IMG/VR virus record: IMGVR_UViG_3300027782_000030
Span: 136,571-200,570 of that record
Strand: one strand, 5' to 3'
Length of the DNA stretch: 64,000 bases
From: a virus
Taxonomy: Duplodnaviria > Caudoviricetes
Positions within the stretch are counted from its first letter, which is position 1. Every line of letters starts with the position of its first letter. A program made the position numbers and the translations under genes. The notes under the pieces were generated by a model. The model worked only from the letters and a program-made list of their open reading frames with translations. It searched no databases and had not been told where the DNA came from. Below, in pieces: positions 37,553-46,740 of the stretch.

Positions 37553-37618
37553 ACTGCTAATTTAGCGAATTAGCAAAATCGATTTCCACGTAAAATTCCT
37601 AGATCATTTTGGAGTTTA

Positions 37619-38083
37619 ATGATGCCTACTCATTGTTATGAAAATCGCCCTTACTGCATAAATGTTGGTTGCTACAATCTTGCCCATTTGGTACAAGATT
37701 ATTACAATGGTTGGGCTAACTACCGTAAGGTCTGTGGTGCCTGTCACAGTAAGGAGGTCGCAGCCAAACACGGCTTAAAAAGCATGGTTCAGGTCCTTGC
37801 TAAGAAGCAAGGCAAGACTGTTACTCAGTATACCAATCAATTCCATCCTTATCTGCGTTATCGCAAGACCTACTGCGAGAACAATGACAGCCGTTTGGGT
37901 TTCCGCTGTACCACTAATATATTCTGGGACGGTATGTTGGATGTAGACCATATCAATGGTGATCCTTCAGACAATAGGCCGTGTAATCTACAAACTTTGT
38001 GTAAATGTTGTCATGCATATAAAACTAGTAAGTATAAAGATTATGATACACCAGGTCGAAAAGCATTAGGATTGGTGTATTAA
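37619..38083 (+). CDS. HNH endonuclease with Zn-binding motifs
   Basis: LDVDHINGDPSDNRPCNLQTLCKCCHAYKT; N-terminal CINVGC..VCGACH. Confidence 0.9.
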   Translation: MMPTHCYENRPYCINVGCYNLAHLVQDYYNGWANYRKVCGACHSKEVAAKHGLKSMVQVLAKKQGKTVTQYTNQFHPYLRYRKTYCENNDSRLGFRCTTNIFWDGMLDVDHINGDPSDNRPCNLQTLCKCCHAYKTSKYKDYDTPGRKALGLVY

Positions 38084-38104
38084 ACAACATTTTGGAGTTG
38101 AACA

Positions 38105-38221
38105 ATGAGGTTTAGCCTTACGGAACTTTTCTCTTGGATGCCGGTTCTGATCGCCGGCTTCATGGTATTTTTTGTAGTCTGTGCAGGTGTTGCGAAAATC
38201 ATACAACTGTTCACAGGTTGA
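38105..38221 (+). CDS. 38-aa single-pass membrane peptide
   Basis: Read by hand: MRFSLTELFSWMPVLIAGFMVFFVVCAGVAKIIQLFTG; GGAG RBS; stop lies within the next -35 box. Confidence 0.55.
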   Translation: MRFSLTELFSWMPVLIAGFMVFFVVCAGVAKIIQLFTG

Positions 38222-38246
38222 CAATAATTGGACCTTATAGTATACT
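38218..38246 (+). promoter_or_regulatory. Early sigma70 promoter (cassette family)
   Basis: TTGACAATAATT-17-TATACT. Confidence 0.85.
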
Positions 38247-38274
38247 GTATATATTGACTTAAAAGGAAACTGAA

Positions 38275-38436
38275 ATGAATATTAACACTGTTACCGATCT
38301 CATCATGGTTGTTGGCCTTGGATTTACCCTGTTCCAAATGGGCAGGTGCTATGAGATTTTGGTAGAAATGCGTAAGAGCAACGAGGAACACCAGCGTAAG
38401 ATGGCTGAAATTAGTATCCCTAAGCTGGGCTATTGA
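38275..38436 (+). CDS. 53-aa membrane-anchored peptide
   Basis: Read by hand: MNINTVTDLIMVVGLGFTLFQMG...; AAGGA RBS. Confidence 0.55.
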   Translation: MNINTVTDLIMVVGLGFTLFQMGRCYEILVEMRKSNEEHQRKMAEISIPKLGY

Positions 38437-38437
38437 T

Positions 38438-38491
38438 TTGACAATAAATGGGTTTGTGTGTATAATAGATTCATACACTGAGAAAACGGAG
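38438..38491 (+). promoter_or_regulatory. Early sigma70 promoter with a repeated leader/RBS cassette
   Basis: TTGACAATAAAT-17-TATAAT plus the 31-nt leader. Confidence 0.9.
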
Positions 38492-38497
38492 CAATAA

Positions 38498-39532
38498 GTG
38501 GCACAAGTTCTTATCAAATACGGCGAGTATCGCAATCTTCCCGTGATCAATACCCGATTCACCCTTGTCAAAGACTATCAGCAAGGCAAGAAAGGTGCTT
38601 ACATCACCGTTAAGAACGATGGACAATTTCCAATCGCTATTAGCGTGGTGAAAGTTAAAGTAAATAACGTTATGAATGTAGAATATCTTGATGGAGAACC
38701 TGTGATGGCACAGACTGTAGAATTTAAAGCACTAAAAACCCCCGCGGTAGAGACCGAGCAAGAGGCAATGGATCGCATTGCTACCCGTTTTCAAATCCTC
38801 GATGACATGTCCAAGGCATGTATCAACGGCGATATCCGTGCAATGATTGTGTCAGGTCCTCCGGGAGTTGGTAAATCGTTTGGTGTTGAGACACAATTGG
38901 AAAAGGCTGCAATGTTTGACAAAATTGCAGGCAAGCGGGTTCGCTTTGAAATTGTCAAGGGTGCAATGACCCCGATTGGACTGTACTGCACACTGTACAA
39001 GTACTCTGATCCAAAGAACGTTTTGGTATTTGACGATTGCGATTCGGTCTTTCAAGATGACTTGGCTCTTAACATTCTCAAGGCTGCCCTTGACAGTGGT
39101 AAGCGTCGGCGCATTTGCTGGAACTCAGATAGCTCTATGCTTCGCCGTGAAGGAGTGCCCGAGGCGTTTGAATTCAAAGGTTCGGCAATCTTTATTACTA
39201 ACTTGAAGTTTGAGAACCTCAAGTCTAAGAAACTGCAGGATCACCTCGAGGCTTTGCAGAGTCGTTGTCACTTTCTTGACCTGACGATTGACACGGAGCG
39301 TGATAAGATTCTTCGTATCAAGCAGGTTCATCGTGATTGCGACGGTGGTTTGTTCCGTGACTATGATTTTGACGCTGACGAGGGTGAGCAGATCCTCAAC
39401 TTCATGGAAGCAAACAAATCCAAACTCCGTGAGTTGTCGCTACGCATGGCACTAAAGATTGCGGATCTGACTAAAGTGTCTCCGACTAACTGGCGTGTCC
39501 TTGCTGAAAGCACGGTGATGAAACGCGGTTAA
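38498..39532 (+). CDS. AAA+ P-loop ATPase
   Basis: VSGPPGVGKS, LVFDDCD, FITN, ALQSR. Confidence 0.85.
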   Translation: MAQVLIKYGEYRNLPVINTRFTLVKDYQQGKKGAYITVKNDGQFPIAISVVKVKVNNVMNVEYLDGEPVMAQTVEFKALKTPAVETEQEAMDRIATRFQILDDMSKACINGDIRAMIVSGPPGVGKSFGVETQLEKAAMFDKIAGKRVRFEIVKGAMTPIGLYCTLYKYSDPKNVLVFDDCDSVFQDDLALNILKAALDSGKRRRICWNSDSSMLRREGVPEAFEFKGSAIFITNLKFENLKSKKLQDHLEALQSRCHFLDLTIDTERDKILRIKQVHRDCDGGLFRDYDFDADEGEQILNFMEANKSKLRELSLRMALKIADLTKVSPTNWRVLAESTVMKRG

Positions 39533-39550
39533 TAAATGTTCCTGGTTTTC

Positions 39551-39574
39551 AGGGGGAGAAATCCCCCTTTTTTT
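39551..39574 (+). terminator. Rho-independent terminator closing the early region
   Basis: AGGGGGA-GAAA-TCCCCCT plus a T-run. Confidence 0.85.
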
Positions 39575-39584
39575 GCCTTTTAAC

Positions 39585-39613
39585 TTGATTAATTTTTTGG
39601 AATAGCGTATACT
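39585..39613 (+). promoter_or_regulatory. Sigma70-type promoter
   Basis: TTGATT-17-TATACT. Confidence 0.6.
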
Positions 39614-39619
39614 TGTAGG

Positions 39620-40636
39620 ATGATAAAAGTAACTACCAAGGAAGAACTACTATATTTTATGCAATGCGGAATGATGCGGTTAAGTATGAACGACCTTAGG
39701 TTCGTACATAATATGCATATGATTTCCTGTATTAGAGATAAGGCATTAACTTCAAACCAAATTAAACTGTTTAATCTATTAACAAAGAAATATAAAAAAC
39801 AATTGGATAAACATAAAATAACGCAGGGTATGATTGAACACATGCCATGGGCTACTAAAATTATTTCCAGTACTCCTGAATTTACCAATGCTCAAATTAC
39901 GATAGAAAATAATCATATCTATTTTAGAGCACCGTTCAATAAACATTTCTTGGTAGGATTAAGGAAAGATAATTTAGTTAATACATTTGTATGGAATAAA
40001 GATTTAAAAAGATACGAATCACCTTTTAGTACCCATGCATTAAAGGTGATAGTATCGGTTTCGCAGGAACATTACAAAGCCATTACTCATTGCGAAGTGA
40101 CCAATAATTTGTTAAATACAGTTAAGCAATATGACGCATCGTATTGGGAACCTACTCTTGTTCCATTTAATGATCGTTATATAATAGCCGCATCTAATTC
40201 TTTTTTAGATGAAGCGATTAAAGATATTGAATTGTCTAACGATATTAAATGTCTATCTCAATTAACCGAGCTTGGTGTAAAAATAGATAACAAGATTATT
40301 AATGGCAATGAGAAATTAAAATTTGCTAGTGAATATGAACCTACAATTGACTTTATAAATTTTGATTTAGTAGGACAATGGTTACAGGAATTAGAATGTG
40401 ACACTGTGTGTTATGCGGGCACAGCAAACAAAAACTTCATGTATATTACAGAAACTATAGATAGAATATTAAGAAATCTAAACATTCAACTTAGATTATA
40501 TTCTGCCAATTCAGAACGATCAAAATCAAAAAGTGTATTATTAATACTAAGTAGTAATTCGCCAACAATGTTGTACAACTATCAATTTAGGAAAATTATT
40601 AGAATGAAAAATTCAACTCCAATCACAATTAAATGA
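39620..40636 (+). CDS. Hypothetical protein coupled to UvsW
   Basis: 338-aa ORF with ATGA overlap. Confidence 0.7.
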   Translation: MIKVTTKEELLYFMQCGMMRLSMNDLRFVHNMHMISCIRDKALTSNQIKLFNLLTKKYKKQLDKHKITQGMIEHMPWATKIISSTPEFTNAQITIENNHIYFRAPFNKHFLVGLRKDNLVNTFVWNKDLKRYESPFSTHALKVIVSVSQEHYKAITHCEVTNNLLNTVKQYDASYWEPTLVPFNDRYIIAASNSFLDEAIKDIELSNDIKCLSQLTELGVKIDNKIINGNEKLKFASEYEPTIDFINFDLVGQWLQELECDTVCYAGTANKNFMYITETIDRILRNLNIQLRLYSANSERSKSKSVLLILSSNSPTMLYNYQFRKIIRMKNSTPITIK

Positions 40637-42090
40637 AAAAATGTAAAATTATAATTAAGGACGAGGTTAATGTTAAACTGGAAGGACTAGAATTGTCCGA
40701 CCGTAAAACATTAATGAAGATGTTTGAATATGAAGATCCTTCTGCTAGATTTAGACCATCATATAAACTTGGCAGATGGAATGGTAAAATTTCATTTTTT
40801 AGTTTAGGTGGAACAACTTATATTAATCTACTACCTGAAATTCTTCCTTTATTGGATCGTGCAGGATATGACATTGAATTAGAAGATAACAGGGAATACA
40901 CTACTACCTTTGCTTTCAACAAAGTAGCCGAAAACGCATTTGAAACGCATAAATGGCCAACTGGACATCCTAAAGTCGGTGAATCAATTATGTTGCGTGA
41001 TTATCAAGTAGAGATTATTAATAACTTTTTATCCAATCCACAAAGTATTCAAGAGGTAGCAACAGGCGCAGGTAAAACTATTACTACAGCCGCACTAAGT
41101 TATAGCGTACAAGACTATGGACGTAGCATTGTAATCGTACCTAACAAAAGCCTAGTAGTACAAACGGAAGCGGATTATAGAAATTTAGGATTGGATGTAG
41201 GGGTTTACTTTGGTGACCGAAAAGAAATAGGTAAACAACATACAATCTGTACTTGGCAAAGCCTTAATAATATGCTTAAAGCAACTAAGGCAGGTGAAGC
41301 GGATATTACTATCGGTGAATTCATTGAGGGTGTAGTTTGTGTAATGGTTGATGAGGTCCATAGTGCCAAGGCAGATGGACTTAAGGCATTGCTAACAGGT
41401 CCAATGGCATGTGTTCCAATTCGTTGGGGACTAACTGGTACTATACCTAAAGCCAAACATGAAGCGCAATCATTATTCGTTAGTTTAGGTAATGTTATTG
41501 GCAAACTAACAGCCAGTGAATTACAAGATAAAGGTGTATTAGCAAGATGCCATGTTAATATTGTACAATTGCAGGATGAAGTAGAGTTTACTAATTATCA
41601 AAGTGAACTTAAACATTTGCTAGAAGATAAAAATAGACTTGATACTATTGCTCAATTAATTTTAAAAGTTAAAGAAACTGGTAATACTCTAGTGTTAGTT
41701 GATAGAGTAAATGCAGGAAAAGAATTAATTGAACGATTACCTAATAGTGTATTTGTAAGTGGCGAAACCAAACTAACGGAAAGAAAGGAAGAGTATGATG
41801 AAGTGGCAACTGCTACTGACAAGATTATTGTGGCGACTTATGGTGTGGCCAGTGTGGGTATTAATATTCCTAGGATTTTTAATTTGGTTCTTTTGGAGCC
41901 CGGAAAAAGCTTTGTTAGGGTTATACAATCTATTGGACGCGGAATCAGAAAGGCTGAAGACAAGGACTTCGTACAAATTTGGGACATAACTAGTAGTTGT
42001 AAATTTGCCAAAAAACATTTAACGCAAAGAAAGGTCTTTTATAAAGAAGCCGCATATCCATTTGATATTGAAAAACTTAAGTATAGGTGA
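40633..42090 (+). CDS. uvsW: SF2 DNA helicase (UvsW-like)
   Basis: LRDYQ, ATGAGKT, VDEVH, GLTGT, QSIGRGIR. Confidence 0.92.
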   Translation: MKKCKIIIKDEVNVKLEGLELSDRKTLMKMFEYEDPSARFRPSYKLGRWNGKISFFSLGGTTYINLLPEILPLLDRAGYDIELEDNREYTTTFAFNKVAENAFETHKWPTGHPKVGESIMLRDYQVEIINNFLSNPQSIQEVATGAGKTITTAALSYSVQDYGRSIVIVPNKSLVVQTEADYRNLGLDVGVYFGDRKEIGKQHTICTWQSLNNMLKATKAGEADITIGEFIEGVVCVMVDEVHSAKADGLKALLTGPMACVPIRWGLTGTIPKAKHEAQSLFVSLGNVIGKLTASELQDKGVLARCHVNIVQLQDEVEFTNYQSELKHLLEDKNRLDTIAQLILKVKETGNTLVLVDRVNAGKELIERLPNSVFVSGETKLTERKEEYDEVATATDKIIVATYGVASVGINIPRIFNLVLLEPGKSFVRVIQSIGRGIRKAEDKDFVQIWDITSSCKFAKKHLTQRKVFYKEAAYPFDIEKLKYR

Positions 42091-42102
42091 TATAGTATTA
42101 CC

Positions 42103-42603
42103 ATGAACATATTATTACTAGACAACATTAAATATAATTTAGAAAATCTACCCGATGAAGTAGATGACTTTAGGTTTGCTATCTTAGATAATAGTAACCC
42201 TAGCAATGTAGATTACCATTATATCCCTCTTATCTTTTTGGAATCATTTAGTGCTCCTGCACTAGTCTTACAGATAGGTAACCATACAATTAAAATGCCC
42301 GTAGATTGGCAAATCTTAATTGGAGAAAAGGATCATGGTGATTTGGAAACTCTACCATTGACTAGTGTCAATGATAGGGGATTTTCAGCATTTGAATTTA
42401 ATCCATTGACTTCATTTAGACCATCATTTCAACCAATTGAAATCGTAGATGTTTATCATGATGTAACTTGGTATGCGCCTAGGTTAAAGAACGGGCAGTT
42501 TCTTTGTGTACCTATTGAAGACTGTGAGAAACCCATGTGCGTTTATTTTGTAAAAGAAATTAGTAGGAATTGTGAAATAGTAGACTATAATCAATCATTC
42601 TAA
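42103..42603 (+). CDS. Hypothetical protein
   Basis: Preceded by TTGAAA-17-TATAGT (42068-42096). Confidence 0.7.
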   Translation: MNILLLDNIKYNLENLPDEVDDFRFAILDNSNPSNVDYHYIPLIFLESFSAPALVLQIGNHTIKMPVDWQILIGEKDHGDLETLPLTSVNDRGFSAFEFNPLTSFRPSFQPIEIVDVYHDVTWYAPRLKNGQFLCVPIEDCEKPMCVYFVKEISRNCEIVDYNQSF

Positions 42604-43193
42604 TGAAAAAAGCCGATATACCTATTGATGAGAAATTTGAAAATCAAGACTTTGATTTGTTTAATGCGTTAGCCGCATTAGATAAAAAAGACTATGGTTA
42701 TTATGATAGACTTACACAGGAACAACAACGGAAGTTTGTTCCGTATATGATGTTGATGTGGATGAGTGCGGTTAAAGGTAATAAAGACTTACAAAACTAT
42801 TATGTTAGTAGCACTGATTATTATGCCAACAAACATATGTTTAATGAAAATGTTCAAAAGCATCCTAAATTACAATGGCTAATGCTTTGTGCGGCTAGTC
42901 CAGGTATTGGTAAACAGTTTCATCAATGGATTCCTAATATCAGTTCTAATATTAGCAAATTAAAAACGGCAGCAAAAGTAAAAGACATTAAAGACTACTA
43001 CGCAAAAATATATCCTAAATTAAATAAAGATGATTTACAGGAAATGGCTACTGAGTTTGTAGAAAATCAAAAAAGAAAAATGTATCTTAGTCAAGTATAT
43101 CCTAATATTAAAATTGAAGATGTAGAGGTATTGAATCAGTTAATAACAGATATGGATATTGAGCAGTATGAAAAAGACAGAGGAAACGATTAA
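42603..43193 (+). CDS. Clamp-loader small subunit-like protein (T4 gp62-like)
   Basis: FVPYMMLMWMS and QWLMLCAASPGIGKQFHQWI resemble gp62 segments; replication context. Confidence 0.55.
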   Translation: MKKADIPIDEKFENQDFDLFNALAALDKKDYGYYDRLTQEQQRKFVPYMMLMWMSAVKGNKDLQNYYVSSTDYYANKHMFNENVQKHPKLQWLMLCAASPGIGKQFHQWIPNISSNISKLKTAAKVKDIKDYYAKIYPKLNKDDLQEMATEFVENQKRKMYLSQVYPNIKIEDVEVLNQLITDMDIEQYEKDRGND

Positions 43194-43869
43194 TACTAAA
43201 TTTGGCTGTGAATTTTGTAAACGGGAGTTTATTCGTGAATCCACGGTATTAAAACATATATGTGAATATAAACATCGTTGGTTAGAAAAAGACAAGCAAA
43301 GTAATAGATTAGGTTTTCAGGCTTGGTTAGAATTCTACAAGAAAAATAGCGCATCTAAAAAATATAAAACCTACGAAGAATTTATTCGTAATCCTTATTA
43401 CACAGCCTTCGCAAAGTTTGGTTTATATTGTACTGAAGTAAATGTTATCAATGTAAGTAGATACCTAGATTGGTTATTAAAAGACCAAATTAAAATTGAT
43501 GAATGGTGTCATGATTCTGTTTATACTAGGTTCTTAATAGAATATTTGCGTAGTGAAGATCCATTTGATGCTATTCATAGAAGTGTAGAAACTACTATGA
43601 AATTTGCCGAGTTGGAAAGAATCCAACATAAGGATTACCTAAGATATGGCAACAAAAACAAAATCTGCTATGCTGTAACCAAAGGTAAAATCAGCCCATG
43701 GATGTTGTACCAAAGTGAGTCAGGTGTCCATTTTCTAGATACAATAAATCCAGACCATGTTAAACTTATCATTGATTACATAAGTCCCGAGCAGTGGACA
43801 TTACGATTTAGGCGTGATCCAAAAGTAGTTGGTGATATTAAGGACTTACTAAATGCGATCGGTTTATAA
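43159..43869 (+). CDS. Hypothetical protein with an N-terminal C2H2-like Zn finger
   Basis: CEFCKREF..VLKHICEYKH. Confidence 0.65.
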   Translation: MSSMKKTEETINTKFGCEFCKREFIRESTVLKHICEYKHRWLEKDKQSNRLGFQAWLEFYKKNSASKKYKTYEEFIRNPYYTAFAKFGLYCTEVNVINVSRYLDWLLKDQIKIDEWCHDSVYTRFLIEYLRSEDPFDAIHRSVETTMKFAELERIQHKDYLRYGNKNKICYAVTKGKISPWMLYQSESGVHFLDTINPDHVKLIIDYISPEQWTLRFRRDPKVVGDIKDLLNAIGL

Positions 43870-44056
43870 ATTTAAGGTTCGTATTCCGTGGCGTAAGAAT
43901 ATGACTGTCACCGATTGGGATCAAGTTTGTATTTGGGCGCTTGAAAATTATGGTACGCCGGGCTCTAAATATGTAACCACACTGACGCAAGATTATATGG
44001 ATTTTTGTTTTCTTGATAGTAAAGATGCGATTCACTTTTCCCTACGCTGGGAATAA
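43853..44056 (+). CDS. Small FxLRW-family protein
   Basis: VCIWALENYG..FCFLDSKDAIHFSLRWE. Confidence 0.65.
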   Translation: MRSVYKFKVRIPWRKNMTVTDWDQVCIWALENYGTPGSKYVTTLTQDYMDFCFLDSKDAIHFSLRWE

Positions 44057-44073
44057 TTCTTAAGGGATATGAT

Positions 44074-46089
44074 ATGAAATTCAAAATGTTGGCAGCAAGC
44101 GTAGCATTGGCCTGTTCTAGTTTGGCTTATGCTCAGACTACAGAATATTCACTAAGCCGTAGCCTTGATGTAGTTAAGGCTAGCGCCGCATATGCCCGAG
44201 GTTACACAGGTAAGGGCAGTGTTATTGCTGTACTAGATACAGGCATTGACACCAGTAGTGATGAATTTAAAAACAAGATCCTAGCGATTAAGGACTTCAG
44301 CAACAGTGGTACTATCGTTGATAAAGTTGGCCATGGTACTCATGTTGCGGGAATTGCGGCAGCAGCTAAAAATGGTGTAGGTGTTCAAGGTGTAGCATAT
44401 GATGCTAGTTTGATCATTGGTAAAATCACTAACACCGGTGCTATGAATACTCAAACTGTTCTTACAGCCGCTACATGGGCTGCTAGTTTGGGTGCTGATG
44501 TTGCTAATATGAGTGTTACATTTCCTATTAGCCGTAACACACTTGTCCCAGTATTGATTGCTTCGGGTATTTACAAAACAGTGTATACTAATACTGGTAA
44601 ACTGCCTTATGACTTTGATGCTAAAGCATGGGCGGCGGCTACTAAAGGTGAAATGGTTATGGTTGTAGCCGCAGGTAATGAGGCTACTGCATGGTCAAGT
44701 AGTATTACTCAATTGGCTACCGCTACTGACGCAAATGGTAATTTGCTCTTGGGTGGCCGAATGATTATCGCTGGTAATTGGAATAGCATTACTAATAAAA
44801 CAATTGGTCCTTCAACCAATGGTGCGGCACATCTATGCCAAGTTATGGTAAATTCTATTTGTCAGGACAAGTACAAGGCATATGACTTTTTTCTAATGGC
44901 ACCCGGTACTAGCATCATTAGCACTGCACCTAAGACACCTGTTAACCCAACTGGATTGGCTACTATGTCTGGTACATCAATGGCAGCACCCGCTGTTTCA
45001 GGTGGTGCCGCTCTTATCCATCAGATGTGGCCACAGATGACAGGCTCTAACATTGTTAGGTTGTTGTTGGTTACTGCTAATAAGAATCTTCCTGGCTATA
45101 GTCTATATACTATGGGTCAAGGTCTAATGGATCTTGATAAAGCAACTAGCCCAGTTGGATCAGTTGGTATTCCAACTACAGGTCGATTGTCTGGTACTAC
45201 TTTAGCAAGCGCAAGACCTCTTGTTTACACGGCAACTGGAAGTGCTAGCACAGGTAAACTAAGCGGCATTATGGTAGTAGATAGTTTTGAGCGAGATTTC
45301 TATCTGAATGGAAAAGCATTTACCGCACACAAGAAAGCCGATCCTTTCAATCATCAACAAGCAATGATGCCTTATGAGTCGCACAACCCCTATACATTGT
45401 TCAATACATACTATGACCGTACCAATGTTAAAGTAGGCTCATATGAGATGAGCATTTACCGCGATACTACTAACATGTTGGAAACATCACCCATGATGTT
45501 GGAACTGGCTTACACTAAAAACTTTGGTGACACCAGCGTCAAGTTTTCAGGTGGTTTCTTCAATGAAACTAACACTTGGTTGGGTAACAGCGTAGGTAGT
45601 TTTGTAGGTGATGGTAAAAACAATAACAGCACTACACAATTTGCTGGTGTTGAATTGAACAAAGCATTTGACACTGGTACTAATGTGTATGCTAATTTTA
45701 TGCATGGTGTTACCAAAACAAACTCTAACAGCGAGAATATTCAAAAAATCGGAAGTGTCCTAAGTTACGCATGGACGGCAGGAATTGAGCAATCATTGAA
45801 TTCTACTAACAAAGTAGGTGTTATGGTATATCAACCTGTTACTGTCTATCGTGCCAATGCTGATTTGGTTGCTCCTGTTGGACTTGATAGTTCATTCAAT
45901 GTCATTCAGAACAGTAGTGTCAACCTAGCCGCAGATGTACATGAACTTAGAACAGGTATCTACCATAAGTTTCAAAACTCTAAAGAGTTTAACACTATGG
46001 CATTTGTAGAGGCTCGGCAAAATTATCGTGGCCAACTGGGACAAAATGACATGGCTGTAGGATTCAAACTTACGAAAACATTTGATTAA
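44074..46089 (+). CDS. Secreted S8 subtilisin-like protease with a beta-rich (possible barrel) C-terminus
   Basis: Signal peptide; triad VLDTGID / HGTHVAG / GTSMAAP; oxyanion AAGN; alternating beta-strand C-terminus ending GFKLTKTFD. Confidence 0.9.
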   Translation: MKFKMLAASVALACSSLAYAQTTEYSLSRSLDVVKASAAYARGYTGKGSVIAVLDTGIDTSSDEFKNKILAIKDFSNSGTIVDKVGHGTHVAGIAAAAKNGVGVQGVAYDASLIIGKITNTGAMNTQTVLTAATWAASLGADVANMSVTFPISRNTLVPVLIASGIYKTVYTNTGKLPYDFDAKAWAAATKGEMVMVVAAGNEATAWSSSITQLATATDANGNLLLGGRMIIAGNWNSITNKTIGPSTNGAAHLCQVMVNSICQDKYKAYDFFLMAPGTSIISTAPKTPVNPTGLATMSGTSMAAPAVSGGAALIHQMWPQMTGSNIVRLLLVTANKNLPGYSLYTMGQGLMDLDKATSPVGSVGIPTTGRLSGTTLASARPLVYTATGSASTGKLSGIMVVDSFERDFYLNGKAFTAHKKADPFNHQQAMMPYESHNPYTLFNTYYDRTNVKVGSYEMSIYRDTTNMLETSPMMLELAYTKNFGDTSVKFSGGFFNETNTWLGNSVGSFVGDGKNNNSTTQFAGVELNKAFDTGTNVYANFMHGVTKTNSNSENIQKIGSVLSYAWTAGIEQSLNSTNKVGVMVYQPVTVYRANADLVAPVGLDSSFNVIQNSSVNLAADVHELRTGIYHKFQNSKEFNTMAFVEARQNYRGQLGQNDMAVGFKLTKTFD

Positions 46090-46091
46090 TT

Positions 46092-46340
46092 TTGTTTTAT
46101 TACAATCATGAATCACCAAAGACTTGGGAACAATGTAAGCCAGGTTGGTATGAATTTAAAATCTATTTGAATGATTCAGTATCACATGAACTTAAGTATA
46201 TAGAATCAATTATAGATTGGGTTTACAATAATATTGACAAATGTGAAAGACATGCTAGATGGGCTGTAACAAATGAATCCTTTAACATTAAGTTTCGTTA
46301 CCAACGAGACTATATGATGTTTGTTTTGCGTTGGTCATGA
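46092..46340 (+). CDS. Small FxLRW-family protein
   Basis: IKFRYQRDYMMFVLRWS. Confidence 0.7.
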   Translation: MFYYNHESPKTWEQCKPGWYEFKIYLNDSVSHELKYIESIIDWVYNNIDKCERHARWAVTNESFNIKFRYQRDYMMFVLRWS

Positions 46341-46549
46341 ATTCTGTTATAATTTATAATAAACACACCGGTGAAATCAGCGGTATAATAAATGAATTAA
46401 AAACGCATGGGCTCATTGCTAATGAGCATTATGAATTTAGATATTATCCCGGTACTTGGGATCCCATGATAGGTGATGTTCCAAAAAAGTGTGAGTTTAC
46501 TTTTAAAGATGCTAAACTAGCAAGTTGGTTTCTATTGAGGTGGGGATGA
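46337..46549 (+). CDS. Small FxLRW-family protein
   Basis: FTFKDAKLASWFLLRWG. Confidence 0.7.
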   Translation: MNSVIIYNKHTGEISGIINELKTHGLIANEHYEFRYYPGTWDPMIGDVPKKCEFTFKDAKLASWFLLRWG

Positions 46550-46740
46550 AACTACTAAAAGCCGACCAAGCCGATAGTTTAGTAGTCATCATAAGAGATT
46601 ATGAATTTTTTGATGGAGAGACTACCGAAGAAATGGATGAGTGGTGTTGGCAAACATTTGGATATCATCCTAGAGAGGGTATGGTTATGACATTTAAAGA
46701 GCCTAGTCATACTAATTGGTTTATGTTAAGATGGGGATAA
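46546..46740 (+). CDS. Small FxLRW-family protein
   Basis: DEWCWQTFG..MTFKEPSHTNWFMLRWG. Confidence 0.7.
   Translation: MKLLKADQADSLVVIIRDYEFFDGETTEEMDEWCWQTFGYHPREGMVMTFKEPSHTNWFMLRWG

Noticed and set aside
35355-38491. Repeated 30-31-nt sequences as a CRISPR array
   Set aside because: Spacing is irregular (hundreds of nt), the repeats are promoters and RBSs, the intervening DNA is coding, and there are no cas genes.
38080-38571. 163-aa minus-strand ORF
   Set aside because: It runs antisense across two promoter cassettes and two small RBS-supported plus-strand ORFs.
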